Assembly (NCBI GenBank): GCA_041742355.1
Contig: JBGSIV010000284.1
Coordinates: 1-31,440, forward strand
Direction of reading: 5' to 3'
Source: Candidatus Zixiibacteriota bacterium
Lineage (GTDB): Bacteria > Zixibacteria > MSB-5A5 > GN15 > FEB-12
DNA length: 31,440 nucleotides
The notes under the pieces were generated by a model. It worked only from the letters and a program-made list of their open reading frames with translations. It had not been told where the DNA came from and ran no database searches. Within the stretch, counting starts at the first letter, position 1. Each line of letters starts with the position of its first letter. A program made the position numbers and the translations under genes. Positions 8,931-16,711 of the stretch are shown here, piece by piece.

Positions 8931-9957
8931 GGTTATCGGGGGCGTCACCTTTCAGGCGCTCCCAGAGCTTCTTCAGGGCGCGGCCGGGCTGATTGCCGGT
9001 GAGCTCCTCGCGTTCGAGAATCACACTGTCGGCGGGAGTGCCGTGTGTGTCGAGGCGCCAGGTGAAAATGTACTGGTAGCTGGAGTCGGGTTCGAGACCC
9101 AGTTCGCCGAAGCGGAGGTCGTGAAAGAGGAGGCGGCCGTCGGGAGCGCTGACGGCGAAGTACCCCTTGGAAAACCAGCGCAGCATGCGGACCGCGCGGG
9201 TATTCTCAATGGGGCGCAGCAGCGAATCGTTGCGCGGCACAAATTCAAAGATCAGGTCGTGGTCGCTGTCGAGCAGGGAGTAGTCGGAGACAAGGTACCC
9301 GCTGTCGACCTCGGCGGTAACCTGCCACAGGATAGCGTTCATCAGGGTCGGGACAGTCATGTAGCGCCGGGGGGTGATGTCCTGCCGGGACATCGATTCT
9401 TCCGTCACCGAATCAACGTGCATCTTAATCCCCACCGTTGCGAACAGGTACGCGGTCGACAGGCCGAGGCCGAGCCAGACGGCCAGCCTCCGACGGGATG
9501 ATCCGCGGCGCATGAGCAAAGCGGCGATCACGGCGATCATGAGCGGGAGAGTGTAGAGCGGGTCGATGATCGCGATCGTGTTCCACGCGACCGGGAAACG
9601 GCTGAATGGGAGGAAGAGCTGGGTGCCGTAGACCGTGAAGGCGTCGAGCAGGACATGGGTGACGAGGCCGAGGTAGACCAGCAGGGTCCACTGCTTCCAG
9701 GTGCCGATATTGCGGTGAAGGCGGGAAATCCCCCAGCCGACGAAGGGAGCCGCCAGGGTGAGGTAGAAGAAGGCATGCGAGGGCCCCCGGTGCCAGCTCA
9801 GTTTGGCGACCTCATCGAGGAATGGGTAGGCGACGACATCGAGGTCGGGCAGGGTTCCGGCGATCGCACCCCAGAGCGGGGCTTTCCATCCGGCCTTGCG
9901 TCCGAGCACGGCCTCGCCGACAGCGGCGCCGAGAGTGGCTTGTGTAACAGAGTCCAT
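8842..9957 (-). CDS. Membrane-bound metal-dependent hydrolase (YdjM family)
   Basis: MDSVTQATLGAAVGE, PDLD, HRGPSH, HVLLDAFTVYGTQL, IIDP and DLRFG motifs with transmembrane segments. GAGGA RBS before 9957. Confidence 0.88.
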   Translation of the reverse strand: MDSVTQATLGAAVGEAVLGRKAGWKAPLWGAIAGTLPDLDVVAYPFLDEVAKLSWHRGPSHAFFYLTLAAPFVGWGISRLHRNIGTWKQWTLLVYLGLVTHVLLDAFTVYGTQLFLPFSRFPVAWNTIAIIDPLYTLPLMIAVIAALLMRRGSSRRRLAVWLGLGLSTAYLFATVGIKMHVDSVTEESMSRQDITPRRYMTVPTLMNAILWQVTAEVDSGYLVSDYSLLDSDHDLIFEFVPRNDSLLRPIENTRAVRMLRWFSKGYFAVSAPDGRLLFHDLRFGELGLEPDSSYQYIFTWRLDTHGTPADSVILEREELTGNQPGRALKKLWERLKGDAPDNLTRSASRPAVLSARKPHPADRARSGYPPL

Positions 9958-10039
9958 GACGATCCTCATTAGTAACGGCTGTAGTCAGAACCGCGACCAT
10001 GTGGGGTTTGTTTCCGGCGCCGACGAATTGGAAAAGGGC

Positions 10040-10068
10040 TTGTGCGATCCCGGCGGCGATTGTAGTTT
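10040..10068 (+). promoter_or_regulatory. Putative promoter of the radical SAM gene
   Basis: TTGTGC-N17-TAGTTT about 50 nt upstream of the start codon. Confidence 0.35.
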
Positions 10069-10119
10069 TGAGATGGAAATGGAAGTCCACCATGCCGGGC
10101 TCTCCCGGAAAGGATGCCT

Positions 10120-11100
10120 ATGCCACAGTTGACGTCCCGCCGCAAAGCGCAGATTGCCGCCCGAACCCTCGGCAACATCATGCGCAACCGTCCCATCACC
10201 GTCTCATTCGAAATCACTTACAACTGCAACGCGCACTGCGAGCACTGCGACCTCGGCGCGTACGTGGATGAGCCGCGCCTGGGTCCGGAAGTGTTCGCGC
10301 AATGGCTGGCGCGCCTGCAGCCCGCGGTGGCGCAGATCAGTGGCGGGGAGCCGCTCCTGCGCAAGGACATTGTCGAGATCGTCCGGGCCATGCGCGCGCG
10401 GGACGATATCGCCGTGTTCGTGCTGACGACCAACGTGCAGAACATGACCGAGAAGAAGTACCACGAACTGCGGGAGGCGGGGCTGGACCAGTACTCGTTC
10501 TCGCTCGACTACCCCGACCAGCGGCACAACGCCTTCCGGCACCTTCGGGAGAACTTCGAGAGAATGAGCACCCTGGTTCCGAAACTGGCGGCGCTGGGGA
10601 ACCGTGATATCGTGCTCGCGTGCGTGGTCCAGTCGGACAATTTCCGGGATCTGCCGCGCCTGGCGCAACTGGCGAGAGAGTGGGGGGTGGCAATCAATTT
10701 CAGCACCTACAACGCCCTGCGCACCCGGAAGACGCACTACCTGAACAGCACACCCAATGACCTGGCCGAGCTTTCGGCGGTGGTGGATCGGCTGGCTTCC
10801 ATGCAGCGGGAGGGATACCCGATCGTGACGTCCGAATGGACGATGCGGCAGATGGTGCGGTTCTTCCGCGAGCGATCGATGCCCCGTTGCCGGGCGGGAG
10901 AGCGCTTCATGATCGTGAATCCGTGGGGGAAACTGACACCCTGCGGGATGTGCCGCGACCACTACGATGATCCGGCGCAGTTCCGGGAGCGGTTTACGCG
11001 CACGAACACCTGCACCGAGTGTTACACGGCGATCCGGGCGAACTCGGAGAAATCGCCCTACCGGTTGATGGTGGATGCCTTGCGAGCCGCAAGGAACTAG
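10120..11100 (+). CDS. Radical SAM protein with C-terminal SPASM/twitch-like Cys cluster
   Basis: CNAHCEHC (CxxxCxxC), ISGGEPLLRKD, TTN, and a C-terminal CRAG...PCGMC...CTEC. RBS GAAAGGA favours ATG 10120 over 10114. Confidence 0.88.
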   Translation: MPQLTSRRKAQIAARTLGNIMRNRPITVSFEITYNCNAHCEHCDLGAYVDEPRLGPEVFAQWLARLQPAVAQISGGEPLLRKDIVEIVRAMRARDDIAVFVLTTNVQNMTEKKYHELREAGLDQYSFSLDYPDQRHNAFRHLRENFERMSTLVPKLAALGNRDIVLACVVQSDNFRDLPRLAQLAREWGVAINFSTYNALRTRKTHYLNSTPNDLAELSAVVDRLASMQREGYPIVTSEWTMRQMVRFFRERSMPRCRAGERFMIVNPWGKLTPCGMCRDHYDDPAQFRERFTRTNTCTECYTAIRANSEKSPYRLMVDALRAARN

Positions 11101-11121
11101 CCCGCACCGCCGCCGGGTACA

Positions 11122-11422
11122 TGGGTGCCCCACCGCTTGCGGTGGGAATAGATTCCTGTGGCACGGGTGCCCCACCGCCGATCGGCGTCTGGGTGCCCCA
11201 CCGCTCGCGGCGGGAGGAGATTGGCACGAACCAACCACATAGGGGTCGCCCACAGCTTGCTGTGGGATCGGTGGGATCGGCCACTCCGTAGGTCGGGTTC
11301 CGAGGGGCGCACGCCCCGAGAAACCCGACAGCAGGTCGCTGGCCAAGAGCTCCATCACCCCAAGTCCCCTGCCTTCTTTAGCCTCCCGCCCTCATGTCAC
11401 CCTGAGCGTAGTCGAAGGGTGA
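11122..11422 (+). repeat. Left cluster of REP-like palindromes (elements A, partial A', A'', B, C, D)
   Basis: A 11122-11156 TGGGTGCCCCACCGCTTGCGGTGGGAATAGATTCC, with partial copies at about 11165 and 11190. B 11242-11269 GGGGTCGCCCACAGCTTGCTGTGGGATC. C 11288-11330 GTAG-GTCGGGTT...AACCCGACA. D 11395-11422 TGTCACCCTGAGCGTAGTCGAAGGGTGA. Confidence 0.85.
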
Positions 11423-11461
11423 GCGGACTCGAAGGACGACATTTCGAGAACCACCTTTATC

Positions 11462-11490
11462 TTGACGAATTCATCCATTATCCGTATCTT
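11462..11490 (+). promoter_or_regulatory. Putative sigma70-type promoter of the propeller/dockerin gene
   Basis: TTGACG-N17-TATCTT, followed by a CAGGAG RBS and ATG 11555. Confidence 0.6.
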
Positions 11491-11554
11491 CAGACAGCTA
11501 ACGTAGGGTTCCAAGACTCCCCCGGCTACACTGCCGCTAACGCAGGAGTTCGCC

Positions 11555-14500
11555 ATGAAGTACGCCGCATTCGCCCTCACCCTCTGCTTGCTCCTCGCTG
11601 GTTCTATCCTTGCCGACACCCCTTCATCCCCTCCGCCTCGTGGCAAAAGCATAGGCGAGTTCCTCACTCCTGACGGCCGCTTCGACCTTGACTCAGCCCG
11701 CCGCTCCGGGTACGAGGGGCCGCTTGACATCGAAGGTTTCGAGTCCGTCGTTGACCCTTCCAACGGCGAGCCTCTTTTCAGCCCCGCTTCCCCCGCCGAC
11801 CACCCCGATGACATCTACTGGGACAACACCATTTCTCCCTCGGTTCCCGGTGTCGGCGGCGTAGTCTCAGCAGCGATTGTTTACGACGGCAAACTTGTCG
11901 TCGGCGGCGCCTTTCAGGTCGCCGGCGACGTAGTAGCCTACAATATCGCCTCCTGGGACGGGTCCGCTTGGTCCCCCCTCGGCTCGGGGATGAATGGTAG
12001 TGTCTCTGACCTGACGGTGCACAACGGTGCCCTGATCGCCGGGGGCTCCTTCACCACCGCGGGCGGGGTCAGCGCCAACCGTATCGCCTCCTGGGACGGT
12101 TCGGCCTGGTCCCCCCTCGGCTCGGGCATGAGCGTCACTGTCCTTGCGCTGATGGTATACAACGGCGCCCTGATCGCGGGGGGAGGGTTCACCACCGCGG
12201 GCGTGGTCAGCGCAAACTACATCGCATCCTGGAACGGGTCCGCCTGGTCCCCCCTCGGCTCGGGTATGAGCGGCACTGTCCGTGCGCTGATGGTATACAA
12301 CGGCGCCCTGATCGCCGGGGGCTCCTTCACCACGGCGGGCGGGACCAGCGCCAACTGCATCGCTTCTTGGAATGGTTCCGCCTGGTCCCCCCTCGGTTCG
12401 GGCATGAATTACCCTGTCTATGCCCTGACGGTGTACAACGGTGCCCTGATCGCCGGGGGATATTTCACCACCGCGGGCGGGGTCAGCGCCAGCCGTATCG
12501 CCTCCTGGGACGGTTCCGCCTGGTCACCCCTCGGCTCGGGCATGAATGATAATGTCTTTGCCCTGACAGTGTACAACGGCGCCCTGATTGCCGGGGGCCC
12601 CTTCACCACCGCGGGCGGGGTCAGCGCCAACTACATTGCCTCCTGGGACGGGTCCGCCTGGTCCCCCCTCGGCTCGGGCATGAATAGTTCTGTCTATGCC
12701 CTGACGGTGTGCAACGGCAACCTGATCGCAGGGGGAAGTTTCGGCACAGCCGGTGGAACCGCAGCCTATAACATCGCCTCCTGGGACGGTTTCGCCTGGT
12801 TAGCCCACGGAACGGGAGCGGGAATGAACGGCCCTGTCTATGCCCTGACCGTTTACAACAGCAACCTGATCGCCGGAGGCTACTTCACCACCGCGGGCGG
12901 CGTCAGCGCCAACTACATCGCCTCCTGGGACGGGTCCGCCTGGTCCCCCCTCGGATCGGGGATGAATAGTTCTGTCTATACCCTGACTGTGTACAACGGC
13001 AACCTGATCGCCGGGGGCTCCTTCACCACCGCGGGCGGGGTCAGCGCCAGCCATATCGCCTCCTGGGACGGGTCCTCCTGGTCCCCCCTCGGCTCGGGCA
13101 TAAATAGCTCTGTCTATACCCTGACGGTGTACAACGGCGCCCTGATCGCGGGGGGAAATTTCACCACCGCGGGCGGGGTCAGCGCCAACCATATCGCCTC
13201 CTGGGACGGGTCCGCCTGGTCCCCCCTCGGCTCGGGGATGAATTATAGCAATGTCTTTGCCCTGACGGTATACAACGGCGCCCTGATCGCCGGGGGAGAT
13301 TTCAACACGGCTGGCGGCGTCAGCGCCAATGACATCGCCTCGTGGAATGGCTCCGCCTGGTCGCCGCTTGGATCGGGGACAAATGGCTATGCCTATACCC
13401 TGACCGTGTACAACGGCAACCTGATCGTAGGGGGCCATTTTTCCACGGCGGGCGGGATCAGCGCCAAGAGTATTGCCTCCTGGAACGGTTCTGGATGGTC
13501 GCCGCTGGGATTAGGGGTGGATACTTCTGTCTGGGCTCTCACCGTCTGTAATGGTGCTCTTATGGTCGGGGGAGACTTCGCCGCAGCGGGCGGGACCAGC
13601 GCCAACCGTATCGCCTCTTGGAATGGTTCCGCCTGGTCACCGCTGGGATCGGGGATGAATAGCGATGTCTGGTCTTTGACCGTGCACAACGACACCCTCG
13701 TCACCGGGGGGGGGTTTATGACGGCGGGCAGCAAAGTCTCTGTTTGTCTGGCGGAGTGGACCAAGATCCCACCGCGGGTCCTTGCAACTGCTCCCCCCTC
13801 AAACACCTTGAACGTTTCTCCTTCATCCCTCATCACCGTGAGTTTCAACCTTCCCGCTGACCCGCCCAACGTGAGCGCGAGTACTTTCCTCATTGCCGGC
13901 TCCCTCCGCGGCCGCTACACTGGCGCCATCTCCTACGACCCCGGCACCTACACCGCTACCTTCGACCCCGATTCCACCTACCTCCCCGGTGAAGTCATCA
14001 CCGTCACCCTCACTGACGACATCCTCTCCGCCAACGGCCTCCCTCTCGCGGGTGGCTACTCCTGGTCCTTCACGGTGGAAGCCTCGTCCGGCCCCGGCGT
14101 ATTCGGCGATATCGACTCCGTATACATGAGCGGCGACGGTCCCCACGATGTCTGCATCGCCGATCTCAACGGCGATTCCTATCCCGACTTGGCCACTCCC
14201 AACGAAAATGAAGACAGCATCGCCATATTCGTTAACGACGGCAGCGGTCGATTCACCCGCACCGGGAAACTGCGCTCAGTTGGCCGTCCTCTCCGCGTCT
14301 GCGCCGCCGATCTCAATAATGACGGGATTACGGATCTTGCGTCCGCAAATATCACGGCTAACACTGTTTCCATCTTCATGGGACTGGGCGGCGCTGCTTT
14401 CGCACCGGCCGTGAACTATCCTGTACTCACTGGTCCCCGAACCGTGTATTCCGGTGACGTTGATAATGACGGTGATATCGACCTTGCCGTCCCCTGCGAA

Positions 14501-15727
14501 ACCGCGACTCGGCTCATCGTTCTCCAGAATAATGGAAACGGTGTGTTTGTCACATCGGCCAGTCTGGCCACCGGCGCCAATCCGTGGCACGCGGCTATAG
14601 CCGATGTAGACAACGACGGCGACGCTGATCTGCTCTGCGCGAACCTCGGAGAACAAACTATCAACGTGTTCAGGAACGGCGGTGGCGGGGCCTTCGCCTG
14701 GGCCGCCACCCTCTGGCCGGGTGCCAATCCGTATCTCATTTGTCCGGCGGACTTGAATGCCGATGGTTATGTTGATATGGCGGTTCCTCTGTCCGCCTGC
14801 GATAGCTTGGCGATTCTCCTAAACAACGGCGACGGCTCCTACGCTGTCGCCCAACGGTACTACAATCCCGATCTACCACAGGGCACCACTTCGGGAGATT
14901 TCGATCACGACGGTGACATCGACCTCATCTCAAGCCAAACCGTTACTCATGACGTGAGTGTATTCACCAACAATGGCTTCGGCGGTTTTATCAGGTCGGC
15001 GAGCTACGCCGTCGGGAACTACCCCTACGCTGTGAAAGCTGCCGACCTCGACGGCGACGGCGATCTTGACGTCGTAACCGCCAACCGCGAGTCCGACAAT
15101 ATTTCCATCCTCTTCAACGAAATCTGCACTGACACCGATGGCGACCACTTCGGCGACCCCGGCCACCCCGAAAACACCTGCGCCACCGACAACTGCCCCA
15201 GCATCGCCAACCCCGACCAGGCCGACTACGACCTCGACGGCCTCGGCGACCCATGCGACCCGTGCGACGACTTCCCACCCATTATCACCGATAGCCCCGA
15301 TACGCTCTTCGTCAAGTTCCACAGCCGATTCGCCTGGTGCCCAACCGTTACCGATCCCGACAACACCACTCACACCTTCACCTATGACCCCCGTCCCCAT
15401 TGGTGTCCGGTCGTCGGCGACTCCCTGATAGGCACTGCCCCCGATTCTATATTCATCGAGCCGGTGACCGCCACCGTTGCCGACACCTGCAATACAGCCT
15501 CCACTTCCTTTACCGTCCGGGTGTACCTCTGCGGCAATGCCAACAATGATCTTGCTTTGAACGTCTCCGACCTGACGTTCCTGGTGAATTACCTGTTCAA
15601 AGGCGGGCCTCAGCCGCCGGTGCTGGTGGCCGGCGACGCAAATGGTGACGGCTCTATAAAGGTTTCCGACCTGACCTACCTGGTGAACTTCCTCTTCAAG
15701 GGCGGCCCCCCACCGGTGTGCCGGTGA
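11555..15727 (+). CDS. Secreted multi-propeller surface protein: 14 x 46-aa repeats, SbsA/Big_5 Ig-like domain, 7 FG-GAP repeats, TSP3 repeat, Ig-like domain, dockerin-like domain
   Basis: Signal peptide; 14 GGxF...IASWDG blades; PPRVLATAP...YSWSFTV; seven D(L/V/F)(N/D)xD...D loops; DNCPSIANPDQADYDLDGLGDPC; CGNANND...SDLTFLVNYLFKGG and GDANGDG...SDLTYLVNFLFKGG. Confidence 0.92.
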   Translation: MKYAAFALTLCLLLAGSILADTPSSPPPRGKSIGEFLTPDGRFDLDSARRSGYEGPLDIEGFESVVDPSNGEPLFSPASPADHPDDIYWDNTISPSVPGVGGVVSAAIVYDGKLVVGGAFQVAGDVVAYNIASWDGSAWSPLGSGMNGSVSDLTVHNGALIAGGSFTTAGGVSANRIASWDGSAWSPLGSGMSVTVLALMVYNGALIAGGGFTTAGVVSANYIASWNGSAWSPLGSGMSGTVRALMVYNGALIAGGSFTTAGGTSANCIASWNGSAWSPLGSGMNYPVYALTVYNGALIAGGYFTTAGGVSASRIASWDGSAWSPLGSGMNDNVFALTVYNGALIAGGPFTTAGGVSANYIASWDGSAWSPLGSGMNSSVYALTVCNGNLIAGGSFGTAGGTAAYNIASWDGFAWLAHGTGAGMNGPVYALTVYNSNLIAGGYFTTAGGVSANYIASWDGSAWSPLGSGMNSSVYTLTVYNGNLIAGGSFTTAGGVSASHIASWDGSSWSPLGSGINSSVYTLTVYNGALIAGGNFTTAGGVSANHIASWDGSAWSPLGSGMNYSNVFALTVYNGALIAGGDFNTAGGVSANDIASWNGSAWSPLGSGTNGYAYTLTVYNGNLIVGGHFSTAGGISAKSIASWNGSGWSPLGLGVDTSVWALTVCNGALMVGGDFAAAGGTSANRIASWNGSAWSPLGSGMNSDVWSLTVHNDTLVTGGGFMTAGSKVSVCLAEWTKIPPRVLATAPPSNTLNVSPSSLITVSFNLPADPPNVSASTFLIAGSLRGRYTGAISYDPGTYTATFDPDSTYLPGEVITVTLTDDILSANGLPLAGGYSWSFTVEASSGPGVFGDIDSVYMSGDGPHDVCIADLNGDSYPDLATPNENEDSIAIFVNDGSGRFTRTGKLRSVGRPLRVCAADLNNDGITDLASANITANTVSIFMGLGGAAFAPAVNYPVLTGPRTVYSGDVDNDGDIDLAVPCETATRLIVLQNNGNGVFVTSASLATGANPWHAAIADVDNDGDADLLCANLGEQTINVFRNGGGGAFAWAATLWPGANPYLICPADLNADGYVDMAVPLSACDSLAILLNNGDGSYAVAQRYYNPDLPQGTTSGDFDHDGDIDLISSQTVTHDVSVFTNNGFGGFIRSASYAVGNYPYAVKAADLDGDGDLDVVTANRESDNISILFNEICTDTDGDHFGDPGHPENTCATDNCPSIANPDQADYDLDGLGDPCDPCDDFPPIITDSPDTLFVKFHSRFAWCPTVTDPDNTTHTFTYDPRPHWCPVVGDSLIGTAPDSIFIEPVTATVADTCNTASTSFTVRVYLCGNANNDLALNVSDLTFLVNYLFKGGPQPPVLVAGDANGDGSIKVSDLTYLVNFLFKGGPPPVCR
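11972..13760 (+). repeat. Intragenic tandem repeat, 138-bp unit, 13 well-conserved copies plus one divergent upstream blade
   Basis: Unit starts at 11972, 12110, 12248, 12386, 12524, 12662, 12800, 12944, 13082, 13220, 13361, 13499 and 13637. Spacing is 138 bp except for one 144 and one 141. Confidence 0.95.
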
Positions 15728-15765
15728 CGCGGATAACCCGAGTGCTCACACAGGACATCCCATAA

Positions 15766-16307
15766 GTAGGGCACGACCCTTCAGCGGTCGTGCCTCCTCC
15801 AACTGATATTGACGCTAAATCCTCGACGTCGTAGGGGGTCGCCCACAGCTTGCTGTGGGATCAGCTGGGTGCCCCACCGCTTGCGGTGGGAATAGATTCC
15901 CACGATCCGGTTATGCTCCACTGTAAACGCGTGGACTCAAACCGACGCACAGAAACTGTCATCCCGGGCTACGACCCGGGATCCATGTCTTTTGTCTTTG
16001 TCCTTGTGTCCCACCCCTCGCAGCGGAAAAAGACTCCACGTCGTAGGCCGGGTTCCGAGCGGCTTCGACCCCGAGAAACCCGACACTCCAGACACCTCGA
16101 AATCGCGGAAACAAACCCAATTGCGAGCAGAGAGACCGCCCCCTGTCAACGCGTCCCCTGTCCGCCCGCCCCTTCTCTGTCAGCCCGGCTCCTGTCCTGT
16201 CAGCCCGGCGGAGAGCCTGCCCCGGACCTGATCCGGGGCCGGGCCCCAGTCACGCTCAGGCCTACCAGGTCGGGTTCCGAGGGGCGCACGCCCCGAGAAA
16301 CCCGACA
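15766..16307 (+). repeat. Right cluster of REP-like palindromes (G, B, A, F, C', H, C)
   Basis: G 15766-15795 GTAG-GGCACGACC..GGTCGTGCC; B 15835-15862; A 15866-15900; F 15957-15984 TGTCATCCCGGGCTACGACCCGGGATCC; C' 16043-16085; H 16198-16250; C 16267-16307. Confidence 0.85.
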
Positions 16308-16557
16308 AAAAACCAACCCCCTCGCCGCCCTCCCTTTTCAACCAACCCTTCTCGACCTTTGAAAAACACGTCATTCTGCGCCGCAAAAGTTAAGTCTTCA
16401 TCCTTCACCGTATTCACTCCCTCCCGCGACGGCAATTCACCGTTGATTCTGCACACTTTCATTCCACTTCTGATGGAGATTGCCCCGACCCCCCGGTATA
16501 TATAAGAAAGAGTGTAGAAGAGAGAGTGTAATCACGGACTCTTGTGGCCCACCATTA

Positions 16558-16711
16558 ACGGAGTGTTGAAAAGGTCTATGACCAGTCATTGCGAGCGCAG
16601 CGAAGCAATCTCTCTTTGGGCCAATTCTCTGGTGCCAGGAGAGATTGCTTCGTCGCTCCGCTCCTCGCAATGACTGCCAACAGCCGCGCTCGGTGTTTTT
16701 CAACACTCCCT
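16558..16711. mobile_element. 154-bp MITE-like element with terminal inverted repeats, enclosing an inverted REP doublet
   Basis: TIRs ACGGAGTGTTGAAAA / TTTTCAACACTCCCT (14/15 match) with TTA on both sides (16555-16557 and 16712-16714). Internal CAGTCATTGCGAG..GAAGCAATCTCTC (16583-16614) and GAGAGATTGCTTCG..CTCGCAATGACTG (16639-16676). Confidence 0.7.

Noticed and set aside
9970..10119. RiPP precursor peptide for the radical SAM enzyme
   Set aside because: The short divergent intergenic region is occupied by a promoter-like sequence, with no small ORF that has an RBS.
11122..11270. CRISPR-like look of the repeated GGGTGCCCCACCGC palindromes
   Set aside because: Copies are unequal and partial, gaps are only about 10-25 nt and irregular, and no cas genes are present.
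11288..16307. Integron cassette with attC sites
   Set aside because: The palindromes lack RYYYAAC/GTTRRRY ends, the gene has its own promoter, and there is no integrase.
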